DNA of 64,000 bases from positions 60,601 through 124,600 of the IMG/VR virus record IMGVR_UViG_3300045012_000235; one strand, written 5' to 3'. Position 1 is the first letter of the stretch. Every line of letters begins with the position of its first letter. The DNA is from a virus. Positions 1 through 10,829 of this stretch are shown here, piece by piece. Under the pieces are notes generated by a model. That model saw only the letters and a program-made list of their open reading frames with translations. It had not been told where the DNA came from and did not search any database. A program made the translations under genes and the position numbers.

Positions 1-2
1 GG

Positions 3-488
3 CCCGCCGACCTCCAGCATCCCGAGGTCAAGGGGATCGCCATCGGTGGTTGCCGCGTCTCCGGCAAACGGCTCGGCGGTCGCCTGCACGCGCACGCGCA
101 CATCCGCGGCGAGTCGCGCGGCTGGATCTGCTTTCGCAGTCCCGCGACGTTCGAGGAGAAAACCACGCGCCTGCACGAACTCGCGCACGTCGTCACCCGC
201 GAAGGACACACGAAGCGCTGGCGCGAGTTCCTGCTCCAGATCGGCGGGACGCTCGACGCCGTCGCCGGCTGCCGCGACCACCATCCGCGCAAGCGCCCGC
301 GCGTTGTGTCCACTGTCGTCAAGCCGGACGGCAGCGTCTTCGTCACCTACGACAGCGGCAGCGTGACCGGCTACCCGCCGGGGAGCCCCGGAGCCCTCAA
401 GCGAGGCGCCCCATCGGTGGGTCCTCCCACGACCGCCGAGTTCTTGGCGTGGAATGATCGTCTCAACAAGGCAGGTGGTTCCCAATGA
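3..488 (+). CDS. 5'-truncated zinc metallopeptidase-like (SprT-like HExxH) protein
   Basis: The frame is open from nt 3 into track ORF 306..488 and translates to ...KTTRLHELAHVVTREGHTKRW..., an HExxH motif plus a downstream His. Confidence 0.6.
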   Translation, partial: PADLQHPEVKGIAIGGCRVSGKRLGGRLHAHAHIRGESRGWICFRSPATFEEKTTRLHELAHVVTREGHTKRWREFLLQIGGTLDAVAGCRDHHPRKRPRVVSTVVKPDGSVFVTYDSGSVTGYPPGSPGALKRGAPSVGPPTTAEFLAWNDRLNKAGGSQ

Positions 489-1193
489 AAACTTCAAAGT
501 GCGCGGTGTTCACGGACAAAAACAAAAACGGCGTCTGCATCTGCGTCGTCAATTTCGAAGATCAAAAAGAGGTCAGCCAAGGATCCATCGTCCTCACGCC
601 GGCGATTGCGCGGCAGATCGCACACGACATCCTCGTCGAGGCCGACAAGATCGACGCGCTCGGCGGTCCGACGGAAGCACTCAAAAACATCTGCGTCCCC
701 GAGAACCGAAACGCGAGTGCGTCGTGATGCCGAACACCCTCCTCACCAAAACCCAGCTCCGGGCGCTCGTCGCGCTCGCCGACGGGAAAGAGCGATCGAT
801 GCGCGCGTGCGGCGCCGTGAGCACGATGGAATCGCTGCGCGCTCGTGGGCTCATTGACTGCCGGCCCAATGAGAGTCTTGGTGACTCGCTCGCCGTGAAG
901 ATCAACGACGCGGGGCGGGCGTACCTGCCTACGGCTCGCCCCATTACCGAGGTCGACCGGATGCTCGCCCACGGCGACCGCATCGCGGGCAAGCCGTCCG
1001 CTCGCCGCCGCACGCACCTTCGGTTCGGCAAGCTCGAGATCGTCCTCGTCGAGGAGACGGCCGAACCGACCCTCGTCTACTTGACCAACGGCGAGGGCGT
1101 CATCGTCGAGGCGACAGCGGGCGAAATGATTCGAGCAGCGTCTGCCGTTCAGGAGCTGCTGGCAAACCCACCTCCCATGAAAAGGAACCCTCG

Positions 1194-1583
1194 ATGAAAA
1201 CTACACTGCCTCTTCTCGCCGCCTTCGCGGCCGTCTTCTTCGCGCACCACGTGCAAGCCGACACGCCGGAGCTCCCGACGTACTCCTACGCCATCCAGAG
1301 CAAGGGTTACAAGGACGCGGGCCTGTTCATGTCGGCCATTCACCTCCGCGTGCCGTCCACGCTCTGGATCTGCGACGTCACCTACTCGGGCCGCGCCGGC
1401 ATGATGGTTCGGTGCTCGACCCCGCGACTGCCCGGCGGCGAGCTCCCCGAGGTCATCACGCACGTCAACTGCACGTCCGCCGACACGGACGCGGAAACCA
1501 TCCACTTGTCCACGCTGGATCAGGGGGTCTACGCTTCCATCTCGGTCATGTGCAAGCGCAACCTCTACGACGACGGGTTCTAG
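1194..1583 (+). CDS. Secreted hypothetical protein
   Basis: Signal-peptide-like N-terminus MKTTLPLLAAFAAVFFAHHVQA; four Cys in the mature part. Confidence 0.55.
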   Translation: MKTTLPLLAAFAAVFFAHHVQADTPELPTYSYAIQSKGYKDAGLFMSAIHLRVPSTLWICDVTYSGRAGMMVRCSTPRLPGGELPEVITHVNCTSADTDAETIHLSTLDQGVYASISVMCKRNLYDDGF

Positions 1584-2116
1584 GCAAAATGAAAACCCTC
1601 CTCGCCTACGCGCTGCCTTTCGCGCTCTTCATGGCCTGGGTCTGGTACGGCACCCACGGCGGACAGTAAACCCACTCAATCTAGGGGAATTGAAAATGAC
1701 AGTCGAACACCTTCAAATCATGGCCAGGCGCCTGCACGCGCGCGACATCCGGATCAGCTTTCGGCGCAACTGGTCCGTCGCTGTCGTGACCGAGGATGCC
1801 AACATCATCATTGGTCATTCGTCCGACGAGCTCGAGACCGCCGTTCGCAACACCCTTCAAGAGCTCGAAAGGATCTCTTGAGCACGGACCTCATAGCGGT
1901 ATGCGACGAGTGCCGAGAGGAGATCCACCTGGGGCAGAGGATGGGCTGTGAATTTTCATTCGGGTATGGGCGAAACGACGCCGTGGGACAGTCGCAGGTC
2001 GCAGAGTGGTGCCATGACCATTCAACCCACGGAAACGGCGTACGCGTCTTGATGGCCCAGAGCGAGCTGCACCAAAAGCTCGACGCAGAGAACTACACAA
2101 GACCCGCGTGGGACGA

Positions 2117-2680
2117 ATGAACCCCCACATCCGCTCTGCCTACCGCGAATTTGACGTCGCCGTCGCGCGCCTCGTCCGGAAGGCACGCACCGAGGTCAGC
2201 GTCCCGTGCGCGCCCGGCTGCAGCCACTGCTGCTCCGATGTCGCCTGGGCGATCCAGCCCGAGGTCGACGAGCTGGCCGAGCGCGTCCGCAGCATGCCGA
2301 CCGCGAAGCGCAACCGAGTCCTCGCGCGCACACGCGCCTGGCTCACTGGCATGCGCACGGCAGGCCTGGACCCGGACCACGTCTTCCCGGATCTCCGCAC
2401 CTACCACCGCGCCCGCCTCGCCTGCCCGCTGCTCGAAGACGGTCAGTGCACGGCCTACGACCTGCGGCCGCTCTCATGCCGGGCGCACTACGTCGTCGCA
2501 CCGGACGCGCGAGGCTGCGCAAACCGCGCGGAGGAGCCGACCATCACGACGCTGGAGATGCCGGACCTGATTGCCGGGACGGTTGTGCGAATGCTCGACG
2601 GTAAGCCCACTGAGCTTCGGGATCACCTCTTGCCCAGGCTGCTCGGGGCTGTACTTGATGTCGAACCGCTACCGGACTGA
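2117..2680 (+). CDS. YkgJ-family cysteine-cluster (zinc/iron-chelating) protein
   Basis: CAPGCSHCC and CPLLEDGQCTAYDLRPLSCR motifs. Confidence 0.8.
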   Translation: MNPHIRSAYREFDVAVARLVRKARTEVSVPCAPGCSHCCSDVAWAIQPEVDELAERVRSMPTAKRNRVLARTRAWLTGMRTAGLDPDHVFPDLRTYHRARLACPLLEDGQCTAYDLRPLSCRAHYVVAPDARGCANRAEEPTITTLEMPDLIAGTVVRMLDGKPTELRDHLLPRLLGAVLDVEPLPD

Positions 2681-2728
2681 TGCGAATCAGGAGCCGCGCC
2701 TAGCACTCGGTCGGGTTACACTTTCCGC

Positions 2729-2956
2729 ATGGACCAAGTCGTCTGGCTGTTCATCTCCATCCTGGTCGCGTGCCTCGTCTTCGCGATCCTGTTTTGGCTG
2801 GCAGGACTTACCGCGTCACTGTTCCCTCCAGCTCTTCAGCCAAAGGTCCGGACGTTCCTCTACATCCTGCTCGGCCTATTCGCGATCCTCTTCTTGCTCG
2901 GCGACATCGGGGTGTGGGGCACGTGGGGGTGGGGCGGTCATCACTACCACCGATAG
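2729..2956 (+). CDS. Small two-TM membrane protein
   Basis: Two long hydrophobic stretches in 75 aa. Confidence 0.6.
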   Translation: MDQVVWLFISILVACLVFAILFWLAGLTASLFPPALQPKVRTFLYILLGLFAILFLLGDIGVWGTWGWGGHHYHR

Positions 2957-3327
2957 CTAGCCCACCCGGATCGCGAACCCGATCGCGATCCCGCACCCGA
3001 CGGCCAACACCACAAAGAGCGCGATCCACTTCTGCCGGCTGGCCCGGCGGATGAGGCTCGGCGGCTCGCTCGCGAACCGTGAGGCTTCACGGAGCAGCTT
3101 GCGCCGATCGTCCGGGCCGAGTCGCTCGGTCCGCCTGGATTCTTCGCGGATGAAGATCTCCGCCACCGTTTCTGTGACCTGGCCCGACCCGCGGCAGAGA
3201 TCGCAGCCGCCTTTGCATTTTGGGCACGCCCTCACAGAGACCTATCGTACCGTCAATTCTTGACTCCGCTACGTGGTCGTGGTCTCTAGGGGAGCGAGTC
3301 TGCACGGCGTAGCAACCGGGTAAACTC

Positions 3328-3428
3328 CGCCACCCTGCGAGGGGTCGCGCGATGGTGCTCGTCGGGCGGGACCTCCCACCCGCGATTGCTACCGCGCGGG
3401 CCTGCGCGCGGTCTCTCGCAGGGTGGCG
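3328..3428 (+). other. Long imperfect inverted repeat (structured RNA or origin candidate) upstream of the primase gene
   Basis: cgccaccctgcgaggggtcgcgcg (3328-3351) pairs with cgcgcggtctctcgcagggtggcg (3405-3428): 24 bp including three G-U pairs. Confidence 0.55.
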
Positions 3429-3507
3429 TCAGCCAAGAAAGGGAGATTCCAGTGGCGACCGATCATCCGGCCGTAGAGAGCTTTCGCGTTAGTTTCTACG
3501 GTAAACG

Positions 3508-6201
3508 ATGATGTCGGACCCGCAGCCCGTTGGGCTTGTTCTACCGGACTCGCTTTGCATCGTTGAGTCGGTCGAACAAGCCATCGAGGTCTGCTGCACC
3601 GCGGGACTCCGTCCCATCCTCATCCACGCCCCCGTCGAGGGAGGCGGTTGCACTTGCGGTCAGACCCACAAGGCCGCCGGCAAACACCCCATCGCGAAAA
3701 ACTGGCATGCACACGTTTACAGCCGCGATGAGCTCCTCGACGCAAGAGCGCGGCTCAAGTTTGTGCCGAACATTGGCATCGTACTCGGCGAGCAGCCGGG
3801 CGGCGAGTACCTCATCGCAGTCGATGTCGATGACGCCAACCGTTTCACGGTGCTCGAACTGCAGCTCGGCGCCTTGCCGGCGACACCGCGTTGCGATTCG
3901 GGGCGCGGCTATCGGCTCATCTTTGAGGCGCCGCCCGAGGTCGACGTCAAACAGCTCGTCAATGTCACTGGGGTCGGCGGCGAGTCGGGCGTGGACGTCA
4001 AAATCAAGGGCGGCCAGATTGTCGTCGCGCCCAGCGTGCACGCGAGCGGTCGGCGGTACGTCTGGACGAAAGTCGGCCCGATCGCCCGACTGCCCATTGC
4101 GTGGGCGTTGGAGCTCGTCAAGACGACCCCGCCACCGTGGGTGAAGAGCTTCACCCCACAAACGATGCAGGCCGACACGCGCGCCAAAAAGCGGGCGCAT
4201 CGGTACCTGGAAGTTGCCGTCATGCGTGACGCCGCCGCGCTTGCGGGATGCGGCGAAGGGATGCGCAACGACACGCTCTACAAGCGCGCGTTTGCGCTTT
4301 TCTCGCTCTGCGCGGGGCTCTACCTCTCCCACGAGTGGGCGTACGTCCACGAACAGCTCTTTCAAGCCGGGCGATCGGCGGGTCTACCCGAGCCCGAGGT
4401 TCGTCGGACGCTCTCCAGCGCCGAGAAGGGCGTGCGGGAGAGCGGCGCCGTACGGATGCCCGTCATGCTCGCCGAGCCAGAGCCGAGCCGGCCACCGTCA
4501 CCGCCAGGGACTTCGCGACCTCCTCCCTTCCAGGAAGAACCCGAGTTTAGACCGCAACATCCCTCGCGACCCGTCATCCGTGTGTCGACGGAGTTGTTAG
4601 AAAATGTAAATGCGGCCATCGCCGCACTCCGGACCGACAACAACATCTATCAGCGCGACGGTCTCTTGGTGCACACAACCCGCGTCACGCGCGAAGAGAG
4701 CGATGTCTCTCCGCACGTCGAGACCGACGACGGACGGCTCCACAAGCAGCTCGTCGAGGGCAGTCCGCAGATCCGAGAGACTCGGCTGTCCACCGTTCGT
4801 GAACGACTCTCGGCCGTCGCTGTCTTTCAGAAGTACGTCGAGAGCGCGGATCGGTGGAAGCCCATTCTACCGACCGACGCCATCGTGTCTGCGGTCCACG
4901 ACCGGGGGCAGTGGTCCGGTATTCCTCCCATCGTCGGTGTGGTGGAAACGCCGATGTTCTGTCCTGGTGGGGTGATCGTACAAACCACGGGCTACGACAA
5001 GCGAACTGGCTACCTTTACATGCCGAGCGAGCCGTTCCCGGTGGTCAGCGACGAGAACGCGACACAGGAATACGCCCGCTGGGCCTTCGACTTCTTGAGG
5101 GACGTTTTCATCGACTTCCCATACGTGTCGCCCGCTCATCAATCAGTGGCCATTTCCGCCATCATGACGTTGGTCGCCAGGCCCGCGATTCAGGGTTCGA
5201 TCCCAGCGCATCTCTTCGACGCCTCGACTCGTGGCAGCGGTAAGACGCTCCAGACCGACGCCATCGCGACCGCAGTCACCGGGCGTGGTGCCCCACGCAT
5301 GAACTACACCTCCGATGAAGTGGAGTTGGAAAAGATCCTCGGCGGCTACGCGCTCAAGGGATCGTCATTCATCTGCCTGGACAACGTGCCGACAATGCGG
5401 CCGTTCGGTGGCGGTCCGCTCGATCGGGTACTTACGGCGCGCGATAAGGTGGACCTCCGGGTGCTCGGCCGAACTGAGGTACTCACACTCACCTGGCGGG
5501 CGCTCATCATGGCGACGGGCAACAACATCACGCTTTTTGGCGAGACCGCTCGGCGAGTTCTCATGGCTCGACTGGAACCGATCGAGGAAAACCCAGAACG
5601 GCGGACGAAATTCACGCACAACGATCTACTTGAGTACGTGCGGGCGCAGCGGCCGCGCCTCGTGTCGGCAGCGCTACTCATCCTGCGCGCGTATCATCGG
5701 GCGGGATGCCCCAACATGGGATGCGCGCGGTGGGGCTCGTTCGAGGAGTGGTCACGACTCATCCCGCACGCGATCGTGTTCGCGGGTGGCGCAGACCCCA
5801 TGCTCGCGCGGCCGGAGCAGGATGAGGATGTCGACGTCGAGACGCAGGCGCTGGCGTGTATGCTCGATCAGTTACCGGTGCTGCACGAGAAGCTCCATAC
5901 CCTGGCTCCCGAAAGCGTGAACGGTGTCGGGATTGCGGCGCGCACCATTGTGTCGGCGCTCTACGAGCAGAACCCCGAGTGGCCTGAGTTTGAGCCACTC
6001 CGAGATGCCGTCGAGATCCTATGTAAGCCAAAGTACGGAAAGGCTCCTAGCAAACCGGATGCCGCAACGCTTGGCTACAAGCTCCGGTCGATGCGATCGA
6101 GGGTCCTGGGCGGTAGGAAGCTCATCGGTAAGCCTGGTGAGGCCCACGTCACGATGTGGCGGGTCGAGAAGACCGACACGAAAATTGACGTAAGTAATTG
6201 A
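3508..6201 (+). CDS. Bifunctional primase-polymerase (Prim-Pol) fused to a P-loop helicase domain
   Basis: N-terminal GKHP, NIGIVLG, AVDVD and GVDVKIKGGQIVVAPSVH (Prim-Pol); GEGMRNDTLY (PriCT-like); C-terminal Walker A STRGSGKT and Walker B ICLDN. Confidence 0.85.
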   Translation: MMSDPQPVGLVLPDSLCIVESVEQAIEVCCTAGLRPILIHAPVEGGGCTCGQTHKAAGKHPIAKNWHAHVYSRDELLDARARLKFVPNIGIVLGEQPGGEYLIAVDVDDANRFTVLELQLGALPATPRCDSGRGYRLIFEAPPEVDVKQLVNVTGVGGESGVDVKIKGGQIVVAPSVHASGRRYVWTKVGPIARLPIAWALELVKTTPPPWVKSFTPQTMQADTRAKKRAHRYLEVAVMRDAAALAGCGEGMRNDTLYKRAFALFSLCAGLYLSHEWAYVHEQLFQAGRSAGLPEPEVRRTLSSAEKGVRESGAVRMPVMLAEPEPSRPPSPPGTSRPPPFQEEPEFRPQHPSRPVIRVSTELLENVNAAIAALRTDNNIYQRDGLLVHTTRVTREESDVSPHVETDDGRLHKQLVEGSPQIRETRLSTVRERLSAVAVFQKYVESADRWKPILPTDAIVSAVHDRGQWSGIPPIVGVVETPMFCPGGVIVQTTGYDKRTGYLYMPSEPFPVVSDENATQEYARWAFDFLRDVFIDFPYVSPAHQSVAISAIMTLVARPAIQGSIPAHLFDASTRGSGKTLQTDAIATAVTGRGAPRMNYTSDEVELEKILGGYALKGSSFICLDNVPTMRPFGGGPLDRVLTARDKVDLRVLGRTEVLTLTWRALIMATGNNITLFGETARRVLMARLEPIEENPERRTKFTHNDLLEYVRAQRPRLVSAALLILRAYHRAGCPNMGCARWGSFEEWSRLIPHAIVFAGGADPMLARPEQDEDVDVETQALACMLDQLPVLHEKLHTLAPESVNGVGIAARTIVSALYEQNPEWPEFEPLRDAVEILCKPKYGKAPSKPDAATLGYKLRSMRSRVLGGRKLIGKPGEAHVTMWRVEKTDTKIDVSN

Positions 6202-6363
6202 TCTCTCGTTCAACTTTTAGGGAGATGAGGCGATGAGGGGGATAGTACAAGCGCATTTTTCAAAATCATGAACTTGGGCACTGCGTGTGCTACAACAGCT
6301 CGCTCCATACTGCATTTTTCGACAGTCACAAGTGCAGCATCCCCCTGATCTCCCTATCTCCCT

Positions 6364-6960
6364 GTGATGGACCTGTTCTTCTGCCCTGTCTGTGGACGCC
6401 GGCATTGTAAAGCGATCGGGACAGTATGCTCCGATTGTCGCATCCAATCGATAGCGCAACGATCGAACCGTTCCGGCGACTTGATACCTGGAAGATGCTT
6501 CTACTGTGATCGGGAAACTTTCGTCGGTAACGAGCATGTTGTCCCGCTCGCTCGAGGTGGGCCACATGAGTCGTGGAACATTGAGAAAGCCTGTCTTCTC
6601 TGCAACGGAGATAAGAGCGATCAGCTTCCGAGCGAGTGGTGCCCAACCCATGAAGAGGCGCTCACCATCGAACGGCGGGTGCCGACCATTTTTCCACGGA
6701 TGCGGCACGGACGAATTATTGGCGATCACGCTGATGGGTACGCTCGTATCCGTTCGTTGTGTGCCAACTTTATCTACACACTCCATACTGAAATAAGAGG
6801 GTTACCGAAGAGGAAATTGAACCAGGCGGTCACCGCGTGGCGTGCTGTTGAAAAGCTCCAGAGACACGTCAATGACGTGATTGTGAACGCGGAAGCTAAA
6901 GGAGAGAATGTGGAGAGGAAAGTAGAGTTCCGCCACCAAGTGGTCAGCAATCCGCCTTGA
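6364..6960 (+). CDS. HNH endonuclease
   Basis: CFYC...EHVVPLARGG...NIEKACLLCNGDK; lower GC than the flanks. Confidence 0.85.
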   Translation: MMDLFFCPVCGRRHCKAIGTVCSDCRIQSIAQRSNRSGDLIPGRCFYCDRETFVGNEHVVPLARGGPHESWNIEKACLLCNGDKSDQLPSEWCPTHEEALTIERRVPTIFPRMRHGRIIGDHADGYARIRSLCANFIYTLHTEIRGLPKRKLNQAVTAWRAVEKLQRHVNDVIVNAEAKGENVERKVEFRHQVVSNPP

Positions 6961-7303
6961 CCATTGCCGCCAGCTCCGCACACCACCTCGCAACCGTCTG
7001 CTCCACCGACTCCCCGGCGAGTGGCCAAAGCACTACGTGAGGCACGCCCCAGGAGCGGCAGAACTCGGCCCAAACCCTCTGCTCGGCGGAGAGTCGACCG
7101 CTTCTAGACTTCAATTCGATTTCGACAACACGCCCACCACGAACGTACCCAACGAGGTCGCACTGCCCCTTGATGCCGTACCGAACGACCTGGCCCCCAT
7201 GCAGCGCGCGAGCGGCGCCGACGTTGCGGCGGAAAAGACGTATCTCAGGACAGAGACGAGGGGCGGCGAGAAGGAGCGCGTCTTGGGTGGTTAGCTCGCC
7301 CAT
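6944..7303 (-). CDS. VRR-NUC domain nuclease (Holliday-junction resolvase-like)
   Basis: LFRRNVG...GQCDLVG...EIELKSRSGRLSAEQRVW; start set at ATG 7303. Confidence 0.8.
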   Translation of the reverse strand: MGELTTQDALLLAAPRLCPEIRLFRRNVGAARALHGGQVVRYGIKGQCDLVGYVRGGRVVEIELKSRSGRLSAEQRVWAEFCRSWGVPHVVLWPLAGESVEQTVARWCAELAAMVKADC

Positions 7304-7537
7304 CGGAACATCATAGGAGCCGACCACTACTGTCGATGATGCAGTAGCCGTTCTCCATGCAGACAGCTCGCATACGCTCCTTCGATCGAAACGGATTCTC
7401 TCTCGATCCATCACCCGTCTCGTCGGACCCGTTCTCTAGGTCGACGTAGAAAGAGAAGATATTTCGAGCGCATAAGCTTGAAGGGGCCTGAATCAATCTC
7501 GGGAGCGCCTCGATGAGGTCTCGCACACTCTGACGAC

Positions 7538-8353
7538 TCACCATATGAGGAGCTCCCCCACCGCACCGCGTTTTCCGCCATTGCTGTTGATGTTCCTTCG
7601 AGCTTGTACCGCGCGCATCTCGAACCCCCTGTAGAGCTCCCGCACAGCGGGGAGGTCTGCGTTCGAAAGTAGAACGTGAACGCCCGACGCCTTGAGTCGT
7701 CCGGCGAAATCGACCAAGCGTTCTTGATCGGCGATCCCGAATCCGGCCGCCGTGAAGCTAGTGAAATCACTGGTCCCACCCACCGGAACGTAGGGCGGGT
7801 CGAAGTACACGAAGTCGCCCGACCGGGCCGGCTCCGCCACAAAGGTGAAATCGGCCTGGACTAAATCCACCCCCTGAAGCGCTCGCGCGCAGGCGCGCAG
7901 ATTTGCCTCGTCGCAGACGGTGGGGTTCTTGTAGCTGCCGATCGGGACATTGAAACCGCCGGAACGGTTGACGCGGTAGAGGCCATTGAAGCCAGTCTTG
8001 TTGAGGTAGATCATCCGCGCAGCAAGAGCGGGGCCGGTCAAATCACTCCCCAGCCCGCGCACGTGATAGTAGTGCTTTGCAGAGTGCAGCCGAGCGTGGG
8101 CGTGTAGCGTTTTGATGACCTCCTCGACGTCGTCTCGAACAGCTCTGTAGGTGCCTACCAACTCGCCGTTGGCGTCGCCGAGTCGCGTACCGCCAACCGG
8201 AGAGAGGTCGAAGAAGACGGCTCCACCACCGAGGAACGGTTCGACGTAGCGGCCAAACTTCTCGGGCACATGCTTTCGGATCTCGGGTAGGAGCTGCCGC
8301 TTGCCGCCGACCCATTTCAGAAATGGTGTTGCCGGAGACGGTAGTGCGGTCAT
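7538..8353 (-). CDS. dam: DNA adenine methyltransferase (Dam/D12 class)
   Basis: FLKWVGGK, YVEPFLGGGAV, FNGLYRVN and catalytic DPPY; start set at ATG 8353. Confidence 0.9.
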   Translation of the reverse strand: MTALPSPATPFLKWVGGKRQLLPEIRKHVPEKFGRYVEPFLGGGAVFFDLSPVGGTRLGDANGELVGTYRAVRDDVEEVIKTLHAHARLHSAKHYYHVRGLGSDLTGPALAARMIYLNKTGFNGLYRVNRSGGFNVPIGSYKNPTVCDEANLRACARALQGVDLVQADFTFVAEPARSGDFVYFDPPYVPVGGTSDFTSFTAAGFGIADQERLVDFAGRLKASGVHVLLSNADLPAVRELYRGFEMRAVQARRNINSNGGKRGAVGELLIW

Positions 8354-8522
8354 CGGGTCTCCTTGCATCCGGTTTCGTTGCCGTTCGGCTTGTAGAATTT
8401 GCACTCACCACCCTCTGTCGGGATGACGCCGCACGTGTGGCAGTACGGACCTTCGGCGTCGGGGCCGTGGTCACAGTCGTCGACACCAACCTCCGCACCG
8501 CACGCGACGCAGTACAGCGCGC

Positions 8523-10229
8523 TCACTCGATTCCTTGTTCGCGCAGCCAATCGCCGAAGGGCGATTCACCCTCTTCTTGCTGTATCGTTGGGTCGTCTTC
8601 CCTCACCATCTGTTCCTCGAACACGACAGCCTCTTCGGTCGCCGTTTTCTTCTCCGCCTGCTCCTTCTTCTCCTTGCGGGTTAGGTTTCGTTCGTACGCC
8701 GCTTGCCAGTCCGAGTCGCTGGCGAACGACGCCTTGATGGCCTCACTCCATGCCCAGGGAGGCCAGGCGCCGTAGTGGTCCTTGTACTTGGCTGACGCGA
8801 AGCCTGGTTTGTAGCCCTTCCTGCGGGCGACCTGCACCATGTCGTCGAAGAACGATCGCCGCATCACCTCGGGTGTGGAGTTGCGTCGCACGAGCTGCTC
8901 GTGGGTCTCCTCGGGCGTCTTCGGTTGATCTTCCGGTCGGAACTCGTAGCCGCAGTAGGGGCAGAGTACACGACCAATCGGAACGTACGCGTAGCAACGC
9001 TTGCAGAGTTTGATTGGCTCCCGGTGCGCCATCCGGAACGCGCGATCTTTCAGCGACCAGTGCAAGTCCTCGTGCGGGAATCCATGCCGGGCGATGTTGT
9101 TGGCATGGTCAATGAGAAGCGGCGAAACGCTCGGGTGCTTTACGCAACCGCGCGGACAGCCTGGGTGCCAAGGTCGCAGGATTCGACCCACGGACTGGCG
9201 GTAGAGAACAAGCGACTGGGTCGGGCGGGCATGCACGACACACTTGGCGCTCGGAACGTCAATCCCTTCGAGCAGGACGTTGACGTTGGACACCGCCTCG
9301 AGCTCTCCGTCTCCGAGCGCCTTGACGATTCGTCGTCGTTCAGTCTCGGGCGTTGTACCGTCCAGGTGCGCGATTCGAACGCCTGAAGTCTGAAACCTCA
9401 GGCAGATGTCGAGAGAGTGCGCAATGCTGCTGGCGAAGATGAACGTTCGTCGGCGCGGCCCCTCGACGAAGCCAATGCCGCCGTCCGGCCTCGGATACAG
9501 GTGAGCGAGCTTCAGCCAGTGATCGAGCAGGTTACCAACGAGCGTTTGCTTGCGCATGATTTCGCTAAGCGCACCCTCGTCGTAGTCGCCCCCAATGATG
9601 CGGACGTTCGAGAGATCCGGCTGCTCGGGCGCCGTGTAGCAGTCGGGGGCTACAATGAAGTTGTCGTGGATGAGTTCTTCGTAGGTGCAGACGACCTCCA
9701 AACTCTCGAAGAGGCTGCCGAGTGGTCGGCCGTCGTAGCGGGTGGGAGTCGCGGTGAAGCCGAGGATGATCGATTGCCGGTACTCGTCGGCGTCGAAAAT
9801 GTTGTCGATCATCGAATCGCTGACCGCGCGATGCGCCTCGTCGATGAGCACGATGCCCGCCGGCGGCTTCTTTCGACGAGCGAGCGTTTGAATGGAGGCA
9901 ACCTGCACCGAGCAAGACGCGTCGGTGCGCTCGTCGTCGCCACGAATGACGCCGACGTTTGTGATCCCGAGCAGCGCGAGCTGGTCCACGCACTGATCGA
10001 TCAACTCCATCCGGTGTGCGACGAAAAGTACCGGAACGGTCGACGTGCGAATGATGCTCGCGATAAGGACCATCTTGCCGGCTGCCGTGGGGGCTACGAG
10101 CAAGATCTTTCGCTTGCCGTCGCGGATGCGGTCACGAAGCGTCTGGAGCGCGCGCGCCTGGTAGGGACGCAACTCGGGCGGCTTGACGTCGATGAGTGTG
10201 GGGCGGTCGAAGAGGGGAAGGGTGTTCAC
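8523..10229 (-). CDS. SF2 DEAH-box helicase with a C-terminal zinc finger
   Basis: LRPYQ, APTAAGK, IDEAH, TATP, EGIDVP, QSVGRILR, CKRC...CPYCG. Confidence 0.9.
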   Translation of the reverse strand: MNTLPLFDRPTLIDVKPPELRPYQARALQTLRDRIRDGKRKILLVAPTAAGKMVLIASIIRTSTVPVLFVAHRMELIDQCVDQLALLGITNVGVIRGDDERTDASCSVQVASIQTLARRKKPPAGIVLIDEAHRAVSDSMIDNIFDADEYRQSIILGFTATPTRYDGRPLGSLFESLEVVCTYEELIHDNFIVAPDCYTAPEQPDLSNVRIIGGDYDEGALSEIMRKQTLVGNLLDHWLKLAHLYPRPDGGIGFVEGPRRRTFIFASSIAHSLDICLRFQTSGVRIAHLDGTTPETERRRIVKALGDGELEAVSNVNVLLEGIDVPSAKCVVHARPTQSLVLYRQSVGRILRPWHPGCPRGCVKHPSVSPLLIDHANNIARHGFPHEDLHWSLKDRAFRMAHREPIKLCKRCYAYVPIGRVLCPYCGYEFRPEDQPKTPEETHEQLVRRNSTPEVMRRSFFDDMVQVARRKGYKPGFASAKYKDHYGAWPPWAWSEAIKASFASDSDWQAAYERNLTRKEKKEQAEKKTATEEAVVFEEQMVREDDPTIQQEEGESPFGDWLREQGIE

Positions 10230-10386
10230 GATTCTTTTTCCACATCCAAAGGACCACCAGGAATGACACCACCAGGACCGTAGAGCTTACGGAGGCACTG
10301 AGGATTGACGCATTCGCCGCGCGCACATGCGGCAGAACAGGCGGTGCGCCGTGCTTGTCCACGTCGTCTGCGGAGGCGCTTTTTCT

Positions 10387-10641
10387 TCACGTGAAGAGTC
10401 CTCGCTGCCCCTTCGGCCAGAGCAGCTTGCAGACCTTGTCGAGCACACGCTGGCAAGTCTCTGGCTTGCTGCGGAGTTGACGAACACGCGCGAGCGTGTC
10501 GGGAAGTTCGTCGAGCTTACGAGCCACCTCTCCCCAAGAGAGTGATCCCTTGCCACCGCAGAGGTGGCAGCGGTCGGCCAGAACCAAAGGAGCGCGCGGA
10601 TTCGCAAGCCAACCGCGACCCAGGCAGATTTCGCAGACCAT
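10387..10641 (-). CDS. Small zinc-finger plus HTH-like protein
   Basis: CEICLGRG and CHLCGGKG (DnaJ-type CxxCxGxG) followed by LSWGEVARKLDELPDTLAR. Confidence 0.55.
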   Translation of the reverse strand: MVCEICLGRGWLANPRAPLVLADRCHLCGGKGSLSWGEVARKLDELPDTLARVRQLRSKPETCQRVLDKVCKLLWPKGQRGLFT

Positions 10642-10805
10642 CAGCGTTTACCGAGGCCGCGCTCCAGGAGGAGCCGAATCACATCGCTGATGCTCGGTTC
10701 GATGCCGGTCAGCTTCTTGGCCTCTTTCTGCCGTTGGACGATGCGCTCGTAGAGCGGTTTGCTCACGCGCGCAGCGATCTGGATGTCGTGACCGTTCATC
10801 CACAT
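10641..10805 (-). CDS. Ribbon-helix-helix transcription regulator, paralog 1 (54 aa, not in ORF track)
   Basis: Manual translation: MWMNGHDIQIAARVSKPLYERIVQRQKEAKKLTGIEPSISDVIRLLLERGLGKR; clearly similar to 21921..22100. Confidence 0.75.
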   Translation of the reverse strand: MWMNGHDIQIAARVSKPLYERIVQRQKEAKKLTGIEPSISDVIRLLLERGLGKR

Positions 10806-10829
10806 CGTTTTAGCAGGACGGTTTCACCA

